Origin: Carcharhinus amblyrhynchos
Lineage: Eukaryota
Assembly (NCBI GenBank): GCA_965287045.1
Contig: OZ336882.1
Span: 36,332,001 to 36,396,000, forward strand
DNA length: 64,000 bases
Direction of reading: 5' to 3'
The notes under the pieces are model-generated. The model was not told the DNA's origin, ran no database searches, and saw only the letters and a list, made by a program, of their open reading frames with translations. Position numbers and translations under genes: made by a program. Shown here piece by piece: positions 38,081 to 52,530 of the stretch; the stretch's first letter is position 1, and each line of letters opens with the position of its first letter.

Positions 38081-39999
38081 CATACAACAAATGCAACAGT
38101 CCTAGTTATCTACGCAATGAACATGAGCTTTCTTAAAAGATTATTCATAGTTTTCAACAGCCAAATATGTGTACAGATTAGCATAATATGCAAAAACAAT
38201 CATTCTTTCTGCCTTGTGTACCACCAGGTATATTTCAAATACTTGCAGAAATCAAACTTACACACCTTCAAAAATATATTACATAGGGTACATACACGTT
38301 TTAGACTATTATGGCTTTTGATCCGGTTTATAAAATACCAATTTCTGTGATCTAGAGCAATTAGATGTCATAATGAGTCACTCTGGGATACACCTGTATT
38401 TCAACAATGTGACTCATTTGTCAAAATATTCCCAATTGATTTTTTTCCCATAACACATTAATTCATAAAGTTTTATTGCATAATTACAAGCAAGCCACTC
38501 CATTTTGAAGATATCGTTCTAATACTTAGGCAATAAAAAAGTGAATATTTAAAAAGGTGCACGTGGGCATCTCCTTGATCTCTCTCATTATCGTTCCTTG
38601 CGGGTTCTATCTTTGATTGGGCCACTTCACATTTAATTTGTTTCCTTTACATCAAAGCTAAACTGTCGGGGATAGCCAAGAAGAAAATCAAATCAACAGT
38701 CATTGTCTACAGTTATACATTGAAGAATGGTTACCTCAATGAAGTGCCCGAGACCTAGCTGCTACCATGCCAACAAGATGCACCACACCTTTAAGGAAGG
38801 AGAAAATTATGTTGAGTGTGAGGGCACAGGAAGTGAGGTATAGCCTGCAAAAAAGTACTCAAACTTCTTTTGTAAAGCTTAACCATGGCACATACAGAAT
38901 AAACTACAGATAATACAGAATGTAATTTCTGAGGTAGACAAGCTTCCTGAAGGTATTTTCATGGCATTGCTCTATGCAGGGCAGTTTCATTACAATACCC
39001 ATTCAAAACCTTTCCCAATTTCCAAATTACTAGTTGCGCTGAAACTACTAAAAGAATTGAGAAATTGCTACTCAAGATTCAGTGTAAATTTAAGTCACTG
39101 TGCATATGAAGTACATATACACATGAGCAAATCATGGGGAGAAAAATCATCTGCCTTACCAATTCTCCCAAAGTTCAGTATGATATTCATAACATATTCA
39201 ACAATCTTGCATCTATATGCACACTGTCAATTATTTTAGGGCTGCACAGTGGCAGAATGGCAAGCACTGCAGTCTCAGTGCCAGGGATTATATTTTCATT
39301 GCAACTTCTAATTCCAAAGTTTATGCTAAAAACTATGCCATGCTGCAATTACACCCATCATCTCCCCCAACCCAATATCAATTATCCTCCCCCCAAAAAA
39401 AGTTCATTTTTTTAGTACACTGCTGGGATCTAACTAAGAGAGGCCATTCTGCTGGATGTACAGCCTAGGTAATAAGTGACATATTATATATGGTGGTCTT
39501 ATCAGATTCCTTCCTTTCTTCTCTCTTCCATCTCCCACCCCACCAAAACTCTTTAGAAATTAGAAGAGAAAAGTGGTGAATAGGGAATGGAGACAGAACA
39601 AATAAAACTCATGGGCAGCGGCAGTTTCCTTGACAACAACTCCCCCCTCAGATGAAAAATATCCCAGCTTGCAGCAGCTTTATCACTAGATTTATTTAAC
39701 ATGATACAACCAATGTGCTCTAGTTTTTTTATCAAATGGTAAAAGTTAACTCATCACCCCAACTTGCTCCCAACATCAACATGATTTCTCTTTACTGTTT
39801 CTTTTAGCTCCTCCAGGCAAAGGGGTAGAGTTTAGATTTATAATCAAGCTTTTGTTTTGCATTTTGAATAAATATGGTAGCAAGCATTTCCCTACCCATC
39901 AATATGCTTAATAAAATCTGTAACAGGGCTTAAATATGTAGAAAAACAATAACTTAAATTTCTTTTTGCCATTTACTAGGTTTCTCAACAAAACAGACT

Positions 40000-41010
40000 C
40001 GTGAGCAAGATCAAAATGTGTGGAGTCAAGGGATGAGTAGCAGAATGGGTAGCCAGCTTGCTACAACATAGAAAACAGAATACGAACTTAACAGTATTTA
40101 CTCAAATGGTAGAAACGTGGGAATTGGTGCTCACAATACTATTGTTCATCATTTATGTAAATAATTTTGACTCAGGAATCAAAAAAAAGTTCAAAATTTG
40201 CAGATAAACCCAATTTTGGGAGGGTGAGGATATAGTCAATAGAGACGCAATGTGACAAAATACATCAATTAAACTGCAGAATAGTCATATGTGTAGATAA
40301 AAGTGAGGGATATACTTTAGATTTTAGTAGGAAAAATAATAGAAGCCACATATCCTTTCAAAAATAACTAAATTATATAGAGGAACATAGGTATCTGAGG
40401 GAACAGATACATAAATCACTAAAGCAGGAGAATAAAGACATTTTTTAAAAAATCACTGGGGTATAGAGGGATAAAATTGAAGAGCAACAAAGTAATGTTT
40501 AACTCCTGTACAGTGTTGAATAGACTACACCTGCAATACTGTGAATAGATCTGGTCTCCAAAAGGATATAAAGATTCTGGAAAGGAAGCAAAAAAGATTT
40601 ACTAGAACGATAACAGAACTGAGAGGCTATATCCATCAGGAAAGATTCAATGGATGTTCTGGGGACTTTTTCTCTAGCAAAGGTTGAGTCATGACTTGAT
40701 TAAGATTATGGAAGGGTTCAATAGGGTAATCACGAAGGAGCTGTTAAAATAGTCACCACTAAATCCAAAACGGAATTCAGCAAAAATGCGTTTACCCAGA
40801 GTGGTTAGAGTGTGGGACTCTCCACAACAAAAACCAGCTGAGGTGACTATGACTAGTGCAAGTAATGAGAAGCCAATAAATGCTTGAGGGAGAAAGTGCA
40901 AGAGATAGATGTTGCTTGAGCTAGGTAAAAAAAGGGTGGAAGTTTGTGTAGAGTATAAACATCAGCATAAACCAGTTGTGCCAAATGGTCTGTTTTTTAG
41001 TGCTGTGAAT
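40000..41010 (+). mobile_element. Old CR1 RT fragment
   Basis: aaaatttgcagat, agactacacctgcaatactgtg, agagtggttagagtgtggga remnants. Confidence 0.7.
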
Positions 41011-42259
41011 GCAATGTAATGGCACACATTTCTAGATAATGGAATCATTAGAATTTCGTTAGCAATAAAGAATGTGTGTTCCAGCCTCATCCAATGCTTG
41101 TACTGAATTTTACTAATGTTATGGAAAAAGAAAACATCTGGCATATTAAAAATAGCTAACATTTTAAAACACTTGTCCTTTAACTATATTTCCAAATGGA
41201 AGAACACCATCATCCTACAGTTGGAATAATCACACTAGTTACTTTTGTGCGCGCTTTGGTTTGTTTGAAATGTTAATATACACAGCTCAACAGACAAATT
41301 GTAATTTCTCATCATGGTCTGGTATGAAGCCCAGGGATTGAGCAACTGAAGCCAGCAGTTTACAGACATTACCAGGTTGTTTTCCAAGGAGTCTTGGGGA
41401 TAAATGGTTTCATTTTCAAAAGAAAAAGTATATTCTTATAATGAAAGATCCCTCAGTCTAAAGCTCTATTCTCCTTCCTGACATTCTGTGTTTGAAGGCA
41501 GTAGTGATTCCATGAGGAATCATCTCAGATAACTTAGAGTATATGTTACCAAGAACTTGCTGGGAAAGAGACTTTCAGAAGTACTTTTCTGCAAAAGGGT
41601 ATATTTAACTAATTCTAATTTTATGTATTATTGTTTTTGCTTTAACTCATTTCATCTGTAAATAACTCCAATTAATTTCACTACTGTGCAGCACTGTAGT
41701 TTAATGGTGATATGCTTCCACCTTCAGAAATGACAGATTGTCTAACATGGAGTTTGCAGTAAGCAAGTTTAATAAATTTGAGGTTAAGTGCTAAACTTGT
41801 GCTACACTTGCTGGGACTCAGGTACACAATGCTGAGGAGATGGGCAATTTCTGACAATTTAGTGAGTTCAAATGCTCATTCTCCTTCCCCTAAGAGTACT
41901 TCAATTGGAATTAGGCAAAAGTCAGAAAACATCCTTTCTCTTCAACTATTACAACTATGTTTTTGAATCCTCAATTTATTAAAAAGGTACAGATGTTCTC
42001 AAGTTGCATCCTTTTGTTTTAATCCAAAGTAATAACTAGCAATAAAACAAAAATAAATAGTTCTACTTTACACCGAGGCTTCCCCACCAGAAATAGCTAA
42101 ACAGCACCTTGTAATGCCTAATTTTATTCAAAACCCATTTCCTATCTTGTCTTCCAGCTCCAATTTGACACAGGAAACATCGATCCATGACAGAATCGGT
42201 TGTGACAACCTGATTAGGTGTTGCTCCATAGTGGCTACGTTCTCTCCTTGACTTTCGGG

Positions 42260-42510
42260 TGAAACTTTAAACTGAGCACCAGCTTGCCCTTTCAGTTGGA
42301 CGTGAACAAAACAATTTCATGCCACTAGTCAAGATAAACAAAAAGTTCCTCCCAGCATCCTGGTCAACATTTAATCTGTTTTGCCATATTTGTTTGAAGG
42401 CTTGCTGTGCACAAAATAATTGCCATGTTTGCCTACATTGGTAACTATTATTGACTGTAAAGTCTTTTGCAATACAGAGGGCACACAATAACACAAATAT
42501 AAATGACTCT
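42260..42510 (+). mobile_element. DeuSINE-like fragment
   Basis: ttaaactgagcacc...gcttgctgtgcacaaaat...tttgcctacatt. Confidence 0.5.
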
Positions 42511-42859
42511 TTCTTTCTCCTCCATTAATACAGATGTTAACGCACAAAAGTAAAAAAAACTAAACAGCAGTCAAGAAGGTTGCAAGGCATTGAAGTTGTA
42601 TTGGGTTTTTTCCTCTGACTTGATTGACAATGATCTTGCATAATTAATTCCCAACCGGTGGATTCCAAAAAAAATCCTAAAATTTAGGTTAGGCAACAAT
42701 GTTGCAATTATGAGGAATAACTAACATCAATAAATTATCCAAAATTCTAATTTGGGATCAGTTGTGCAAAAGAGTTAAAATACATGCCCTCTGTGGCATG
42801 GGTTAAAAGCATATTTGTTCCTTGGCTGACTGCATTTAGGGGGATGGGGCAATCTGGTG

Positions 42860-43140
42860 GCTGGTGACATCTGGAATTAAAAGCTCATCTGAGTAACAGT
42901 GACCATGAAATTCATCAATTGTCACAAAAATCTATCTAGTTCACTAATGTCCTTCAGCGAAGGAAATCTGACGTCTTTACCTACACTGCCTAACATGTGA
43001 CTCCAGACCCATAGCATAGTGGCTGGTTCTTAACTTTCCTCTGAAATGGCCAAACAAGTCACTCAATTCAATGGCAATTAGAGATGGCAATAAACGCTGG
43101 TCTTACCAGTGACACCCACATACCATGAAGGAATTTTTAA
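42860..43140 (+). mobile_element. Shark SINE (same family as 2135-2460)
   Basis: gttcactaatgtccttcagcgaaggaaatctg...catgtgactccagacc...gcaataaacgctgg. Confidence 0.75.
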
Positions 43141-45019
43141 AAAGCTATGTTTCTATGGACCCAAGGTCACAACTCAAATCAACAGTCTCACAACACTAGG
43201 ATGATTATCTTTAGCAGTTGCAGAATTGTGTTGTAGGGGGTACACTTGCGTTTCAGTGAAGGGAACTTTGCTCTGTAAGTCAAAGCGTTGCACCCAGCTA
43301 CAAAATTATGAAATGTTTACACCCAGTGTATGAAATTAAAAATACACAAATTTTTAGGATATTGTTCCATTCCAAATATAATTTCTGATTTACTAGAAAT
43401 TAAAACAAATACAAGTTGATCATTCGATGTTGAACTTTTTTTTTTGATTAGTTTACTTATCACTAGTATTGAGCTTATGTAGCAAAACTAACCAATAACC
43501 CAAACATAGTAAATATGCCTTTTGCTTTAGGTTCTGAAATTTGCACTGCTACAGTGATAAATAACTAGTCAAAGGCAGAGTGAAATATACTTCATGAAAA
43601 TCATGAAGGAAGTACTTAAATTACAAAGCAGCAGACCAGGACATGAAATTCTTAGCTTACAATGACTACAGTACAAGGACGGATTTATGATTTTTGCTGA
43701 AAAAAATCCCAATATAAAAAATGGTGAAAGTGAAAATCCTGAAATTCCGTGTCACAATTTAGGCCTAAATAGAAGTGGTTTGAATTGCAGAGTAGCAGAG
43801 GTTGACTTATTTGGTCACAGTAAATTAATTTTCCTGATCATCAGGTATTTTGATTGGCTAAAGAAGGGAGATTTGTTAACTCAATTGTTTTATTAGCAGA
43901 AACGAAGACCCTCTTGGGAGTAGGGGGAAGACTACGTAAAAAAACCTAAAGCTAATAGAGTAAATATTGATAAAACAGCATTGACAGAAATCTGGCATCA
44001 AATAGCTTACCTGTTTTATCAGGTAAGTACAAGTAGAAAATAAAAATTGAATCAAAACATCTGCAATACTATTTGGTTTAGGCATGAATTTCAATATTAA
44101 AAAATGCAGCTAATTTAGTTTCATTTTTCAAATGGAAATCCATACAAGATTATACAGATGCAACCCAGCTAGCTAGGTTGGCCAAACTGAAAATCCTTTC
44201 CATCATCTTAGTGAATTGGGCAAATTTGGAGTTGAAGCAGAGCAACTCCTTACAGCACAGGGAAACTTCAAGGATGAAAATCTAGGTGCTCACACATACC
44301 ACCTTCTAGCTCGTTCAAGAGAGGGAATGGATCACACATCCTCTTGGACAGAGAATTGTGCACATCCAAAAAGGGACCTAAAATATATTGTTCATTCACA
44401 CATTTACTCTACCATCTAATATGCACTATAAGAAGATGTGGAGAACGTTTCAGTACAGGAAGTTTATTTAATTTTGAAAGTCTAACTACATTTGATTATG
44501 TTCATTTATATCTTGCTTTATACAAATGACTCTTGTCTCTTACCAGAATGCATCAGACTGATTAGACTACATTACCAAAAATTAATTCACAGGTTCATAA
44601 CTAATTTGGAATTGTTGGAAACTGGACTTTTCTATGTTTCGTAAGTGGGGTAAACAAATGAACACTTAAAATTTTTAAGCAGAAGATGTGATTACCATCA
44701 TTCTTTAAATGAACATCAAATTATCTATATTCAATATTTCACGAGCAAGGATTGAAAATGTACAGCATTTAAATCTTTAGAAATTTCGAAGATTACGAAA
44801 ACACTCGGAGAATGAGCAACACAAGGGTACAAAAAAGTTCTATTCGTTCTGATGCGTTCTTAACCTCAAGTTTAATAGTGAAAATATATTTTTGATTTTT
44901 AAACAAGCAACTGCAAAAATTTAAATGTTTCTTGGATTAAAATTAACATCTTGCTTTGGGCAAAGGTATTTTGTACCAACTAGAGTCATAATTTGTCTCC
45001 ATCAGTTATTATTACTGTT

Positions 45020-45255
45020 AGAACAAAAACAGAAAAATGCTGGAGAATCTCAGCAGGTCTGACAGCATTTCTGGAGAGAGAGCAGAGCCAATATTTCAAG
45101 TGTAGATGACCCTTTGTCAGAACTCTGATGAAGGGTCATCAAGACTTGAAATGTTGGCTCTGCTCTCCCTCCAAAGATGCTGTCAGACTTGTTGAGATTT
45201 TCCGGACATTTTTCTGTTTTTGTCTCAAATTCCAGCATCTGCAGTATTTTGCGTT
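45020..45255. mobile_element. Penelope-derived palindromic element (~100-bp arms)
   Basis: aaaaacagaaaaatgctggagaatctcagcaggtctgacagcat ... atgctgtcagacttgttgagattttccggacatttttctgttttt, centred near 45121. Weaker relatives at ~5540-5690, 53700-53865 and 61180-61270. Confidence 0.8.
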
Positions 45256-45299
45256 TATTATTATTTCTGGATTGGGAATATTGGAATATCAAAATACAT

Positions 45300-48200
45300 C
45301 ACTGTTTCTGAAACTCATTTGAATGATGCAAGAACTAAATAGAAGCAAGATTTGATGGCCATGGACAGTTCTTTCTGAAATTCAGAAACTTATGGAAGAG
45401 TTTAATACCAATAATATTCAGGGAGATCAAGATATTCTCGGTGTGTTCAATCTCAAGTTCATAGGTACAGGAAGCACCGTAAAAGTTAGGCTCGAAATAA
45501 CACAAATATTCAGTATGGGAATATTATGTGTAGGCTGCTTCAGCGCTGTACATAAAATAATTGCCATGTTGCATGGGGTAATTAGTAATTATCTGTGAAC
45601 TTTTATTCTTGATTGGAGAAGTGTGATGCAATACAGTAAATGCTATTGATCAATAATTTTACTGATATTATTGCCAATAATGGTTAAAATCAATGGCTAC
45701 AGTATGAAAAATACCCTTTTATAGTCCACCAATAATATTCCTAGAGCGTAACGTGTGAGGTTACACTATCTAGAATTAATAAATTACTCACTTAATCTTT
45801 AATAGCATAAAATACTGCTACAAAACATCTTATATAATTTGAATTTGGGAATTTTCTCTATGCTATCAAACTAAATAAATTACATTATGATGCAATAGAA
45901 AGCTTGCAAGTGTATATGGCCAGCAAATGTCACTGTTGTGCTACTTCTATCTTTATTTGGATAATCTCAAAAAAAAAATCTGCAAGCCATTTGCATTTTA
46001 AAAGTACATTCCAACAAAATAGTCTACCACGAAAGATTCTCAAAAGGAATTTATTAGGATTGTGAAAATACAACAAAAAATATTTCTAAAACTTCTAAAA
46101 TTAACTTCATTTCTGACAATTAAAAATTAAATCAGCACCATGCTTAATTGATAGTAAATGGCAGTAAATCAGTCAAATATTTTAGGTAAAAGTTTTGAAA
46201 CAGACTGGAAAGGTAATAATGGTATCACATTTTGACACTTTAGCAAGTTTTACAAACTGAGACTTTAAACTTAAAGCAAAGAAACTTACTAGCATACTAT
46301 TTTTGGTTTTCTTTTAATTGGTTCCTACTCACATACTGTAAACAGTAAATTAATTCCAAATTTGACTCCTTGCCAAAAATGCATTTCTTAATGCACAAGC
46401 TTTTTTTTTTGATAATAAAAGTGCCTTGCTTCAAAGAAGTTGATAAAGATTGGAATTTACCAATTCAAATTTTAGAACTTTAACTAGTGTACAGTCAGGC
46501 TCGCAGAGGATAGTGGGGCAGGAAGAAAAAGTACAAATATTTAAAAATCCCAGTTATTGCACATCACTCATCTACTAAATTTAATCACGACACCTTTTAA
46601 ATCTGTGGCACCTTGCAAAATGATGGCTATTATCGCAGCAGGCTTCTACTCAACTTTTATGCACAATTCAGGCCAACTCTAACTGCTTGGCTGCAAGTCA
46701 AATGTACTGCAAAACGTAAGGTTGTGTTTCCAAATAGATAGTCCTACTCTAAAATTCTGCACAGATTTAAATCTGAGAAGAGTTATTTTGTGGAGTATTT
46801 TTGAGCCATATTAGTTGCCACTCCTTGCATGAAAATAGCCACATTTGAGGTTCATTATCATTGAGAATATGGTAGAATTCAGACAAGGCAGAATGGCTTT
46901 CAGTAAATATCACTGAAGCCAGTATCCGCTGGTCTGATTAAAGCCAATGAATCTTCGAACTGCTGCACTGCAAAGCTGCTGGCACTTGAAGCAAACTGGC
47001 AAGCACACAAATTCAAAATCATGTACAATATATGAGTGGAGGTGGGGCAGATTTCAGGTCACTACTTAAAACAAGGGCTGCCACAACAATTGCTGTATAG
47101 TCTGTAAATCATTCAATAATGTATTTTCATGAAATAAGTAATTTATCATTGGATTTGTGTGAAATGTATAGTTTACGTTTCTAGTTATTAACCTCTTATA
47201 CATTCTTGGTTAAAATCAAGTAAAATTATATTTGATTGCATTTACCGATCTTGTCCTGTTGTAGTTTTGTTTTCAAATGAAGACTCTACTTGTGTGAAAT
47301 GTTATTTTGTAAGCTGGATTACTTTACCAATAGTATTGGACAAATCAGATTCTGCATGACTTGTTAAGACAAACCATGGGAGTGGAAGTGACGGTGGGGG
47401 GGGGGGGGGGGGGGGGGGCGCACGACGAAGAGGGTGGTGAAGAGTCATCAGCAAATTTGGAAAGCTGATTAAACTTTGTTCTAAAACAATTGCCTATTCT
47501 ATATATTGGATGTAATATAAACTTTTTTTTACAGGAAACTGTAAATATATCTGATATTCAATACTTCTAATATATTGATCTGTATAATTACAATTGAACA
47601 GTGATAGGGTTAGTGATATTTATTGCCCAGTTTCACACTAGTCATAACTCCGCTGCTGAAATTTTGTGCTACATGAATATAACGACTCTCAGATTACAGT
47701 AGCACCTAATTGTTTTTGCAAGTAGTAAAAGGCAACTGGCAGGGCAAGTACTGGCAATGGCTGTTAAACTCAGCATTATAAAAAAATACAAAAAAAAGCA
47801 TCAAATGTTACAATAAAAATTCCTTAATGTTACATTGTCATTTGCACCGAATCTTGGAAACCCTCAAATAGATGAGAAGTATCTAGGTTCACAACTATTA
47901 AGAAATGCCTAGCACAAACGGCTAAACTTTTCCACTAAACAATGAAGTATGAATGTGCTTACAGTAATATTTAGTACCTCATGTATACATTTTACTGTAC
48001 AAGGAATTAAAACACTTCTTATGCAAAGTGAGGCTCTGATTTAAATGACTTGAGCCAGGAATTATTGTTTACACGTTTAGATCAAAGCAGCCCTTGCTTT
48101 ACTGACGACGGGAAAGCATAGTTCTGAAAACTTTACCACAATGGTTGTAGAATTCTATAAACAAACCACACAAAAGCCAAATAGTCTAAACTATATAACA

Positions 48201-49590
48201 AGGAATTTTATCTCTACATAATCCCAAATAACAAGGTCACAACTGACTGAAGAACTACAGAAAGAAAACTGGGAAAATCCCAGAAAGAACAAAACAAGAC
48301 CTTTACAGTGATTAGTGACCTAAAATGTAATACTTTCAACTTGCCAGCAACAGATAATCCACATGAACGCAACAGTCACTAGCAACCAGTAAGACGTAAA
48401 ACATTTTCATAGGTTGTATGACAAAAAGAAAACAAATCAAATTATGAATATAGTGTTAATACTGTGATATTATAAAGTGCAGAATAATCTGTGCCTTTAG
48501 AATGTTCTAAAATATGATATTAACCAAACAGGAAATGTAATCTGGAAGAGATGGCCCCCATAAAATGTTGTCATTGACACGTCACTCACTCAGATTCCCA
48601 CTTAATATTAAGATGACCCCTTTCCCCTACAAAGTAAATAAATGCAATTTCCTCTCTTTACAGGTAACAGTAATTCAGGCAATAGCTTGCTACATGAATG
48701 CACTCACATTAAAAGTTCCCTATCAATTGTTAATTATGTACCATCTGATAGAATGCATATAATTTGACAACTAATCTAAATACATTAAATACCAGTAACT
48801 CACATTCACAGTTAAGAGCAAAATTATCATAACCTAACTTAAAATGTGCTACTTGCTTTGTTAATCATAGGTTAACATTTGTCTGTAAAAATCAAACGAC
48901 TTTGCAGTTCATTTAAATGCCTTTTTTAATAATTTGCTTCATGTTCACAGAAGTTCCACTGACCAGTTTTATATGTTTAAGGTCCAGATGCAATGCATAT
49001 TGTATAAAAGAGAGCACTTCTTAATAGTTTTACCTTGCATGAATAAACCTATGTACCTTTTAACTCTACAGACTTCTGCANNNNNNNNNNNNNNNNNNNN
49101 NNNNNNNNNNNNNNNNNNNNNNNNNNNNNNNNNNNNNNNNNNNNNNNNNNNNNNNNNNNNNNNNNNNNNNNNNNNNNNNNNNNNNNNNNNNNNNNNNNNN
49201 NNNNNNNNNNNNNNNNNNNNNNNTTATTTACGTGTTCTTCTAAAATATCTCTCATTTTGTGCTAAGTCAAATGTTAGCTCACATGAAAAGGACTTATTTC
49301 ATTATAATTCAGCATATTATCTGACGATTGCAAACACTTTTAATAGCTTGAACGTGTACAAAAGTCTTGGTTAATTAGGGAAATAAACACTCAGTTTTTG
49401 TTTATCAAGTAGGAAACACAGTTCATAATGTTATTACTTAGCAGCTGCTTACGGTTTACACGGTTGATAAGTGGACAAACATCCAGCGATGGGTGACAAG
49501 TCGAACTGTCAGTTGTGGAGGTTTGGTGGGTGGTGCTCCCTCGTAGTTAAACAGTTACAGTTTTACAGGAAGTGTTTTATTACAGTTTTA
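45300..49590 (-). other. Probable long PURA 3' UTR
   Basis: AT-rich, no recognisable transposon for about 4.3 kb directly after the stop codon; several AATAAA on the - strand. The true 3' end cannot be determined from sequence alone. Confidence 0.55.
49081..49223. other. Assembly gap (143 N)
   Basis: Run of n characters. Confidence 1.
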
Positions 49591-50467
<877 letters not shown>

Positions 50468-50469
50468 AG

Positions 50470-50680
50470 CTTCCCTCATTGGCGGAGGCCGCCATAACCC
50501 CCCGCCACCCGCCAATCAGCAGTCCCCTTACAAAAGCTCCCCCCCACCACCACTTCCACCTCCCCGCTCTGCCTCCCAACTGCTCAAGTATCGCAGCAAA
50601 GCAGCTGATGTCTGCCCTCGACAAAGTGAGACATTTGCACACCAGATAATAGGAGGGGAGGGGGGGAGGGAGAAACAAAG
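50470..50680 (-). promoter_or_regulatory. PURA proximal regulatory region (two CCAAT boxes, YY1-like motif, purine-rich tracts)
   Basis: attgg ~50478, gccgccat ~50488, ccaat ~50512; GGN-rich tract on - strand ~50537-50577; GA tract on + strand ~50651-50672. Confidence 0.5.
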
Positions 50681-52379
50681 TGATGGGACAGCATTTGGTT
50701 GGACCCCATTGCATGACAACAAGCATCCCTTAATCATTTGCAATTCTGCCACCCCAGCTCAATGCTACTGAAAACCTCCTCCTGCTCCCCCCCACACACA
50801 TTAATATCATCATATGCTAATTTTGCATTTTATCACCTGACAATTTTGATTGATAAACGTCCAGGCTCAACAAATGTTGAAACTATATACACCCTAACTG
50901 ACATATGCAACTTGTGTTGTTACAGGGCATATCAATAACAGCAGTTGATCAGCAAAATGGCTGCATTTCCTAGCAAATGCATAAAGCGACTACAAACATA
51001 GTAAATAAATCAGTGGCACTTCATGTGCTGAGGTGACACATCATCTAGTCGCTGTTTTGTTTTGCACATTAAATATTATTTTGCATATCTCAAACCCAGC
51101 TACGCCAACAGACGTTTTTTTTAAAACCAGAAATTGGAAAGCAATCAAGAAAATTCAAATTGTAAGTTTGAAATGTTCCTTTTTTACTTTAATTCAGATG
51201 GATTTAAATAAGGAAAATATAGATAATCACCCCGAAGTTACATTATCTTCACGATAATGTGTAACCCTTCCACATAATTGCTGAAATGTGTACCTTTCTC
51301 TGAAAAAATGTCAATATTTTATATGAAGTGGCATTGCAGTAAACGATTGCTGCTACATTGCGTATTTATTCTTACTAAACTGGATGTCAATGTGCAATAA
51401 TTATATTTAGCATATTTGAATAGTTATCCCATGTTCCAAGCAAATTGCATTTTCTACCATCAATTTTGATTGAAGATGAATATCATGAGGGAAGGGAAAA
51501 CGATCGACATGTTACTAATGATGCTACAAAAACATTACTGAAGAAAAGCTTGGTAATACAAAACTATATTGTGAGCCGTTTAGTAATGTCTGTGTGTTGC
51601 TGGGTAAAAGGAAACGTAACAAGACTAGTTTCGGGTTTCAAATGTTTTCAAACCACTACAATACAAATCTTTACGTATTCTGTCTGATCGTTCATGAACG
51701 TATCTGATCGATCACAAACTCAACTTTTATGTTATTTCTTTAAATACGTTCTACTTACTGGAAGCCATCGCTTTCTCAATATGCTCATGATTAATACAAT
51801 ACGCAACATCATCTGTATTTCACGAAATGCTCCTAGAAATGATCCTAACAGTTTGAAACTCAAAGAAAAATTGACATATTATAAAACCTTCACAAGGGGA
51901 TCAATAACTAGGCACATAATTTTCGATTAAGTATGTTTATGATTAAAAGCAATAGAAACAGTTGTGCATGTAATCGTTAGTTCATCATAATCTGTATATT
52001 CGTAGCTCACACGGAATCCAAATGCGCACGGGACACTGAGTTTATCAATTTTATTTTACGACGAACGTGAAGTTCCACAAATAAACCTAGGTTTATATTA
52101 TGCGATTGAACATTTTATGTTATCAATTCAGCTGCCATAATAATATTATGTTTAGAAAAAGTACCTTGTATACCTGAGTCATTTACTCTTGTGAGATGAG
52201 CGAGGGTTTTGTTCGCTATAGCTGACTACGGCAAGTAAAGTCTCAGCACAGGCGGTAATCTATGTTGCATAGTTTCAGATTAGGTATTTTAATATGTTAA
52301 AAACTATGTTAAAATTTAATATGTTAAAAACTTTATTTCTGATTTCAGTAACTGAGGTCTCTACTTTTAATAAAACATT

Positions 52380-52530
52380 GCATTTCACATTCGTGCCAGG
52401 AGGTAACATGATTGCTGATGGGTAATGGTTTTCTGATCATAATGGTTCAGGAATCACGATTGTGTGGAGCAGGATTGGTGGACCAGATGGAATTTTTTTC
52501 TGGCTGGCACTTCGGTATGTTCGTATGATC
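52380..52530 (+). mobile_element. CR1 3' tail fragment
   Basis: ggagcaggattggtggaccagatgg...tatgttcgtatg. Confidence 0.5.

Larger units (their letters stand above)
35113..41588 (-). pseudogene. Candidate upstream exons of the same decayed gene (35113-~35400, 38735-38788, ~41200-41588)
   Basis: 54-nt exon with ttttctccttccttaaAG and GAG|GTAACC; acceptor cccttttgcAG at 41589; donor CAG|GTACAA at 35113; translations protein-like but with stops. Unrelated repeats lie between them. Confidence 0.35.

Noticed and set aside
37910-38350. 146-aa ORF
   Set aside because: Reads through an antisense SINE into AT-rich sequence.
48934-49374. ORFs spanning the N run
   Set aside because: Artefacts of the assembly gap.
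52288-52333. Small AT-rich tandem repeat (tttaatatgttaaaa)
   Set aside because: Simple slippage duplication; not CRISPR-like.
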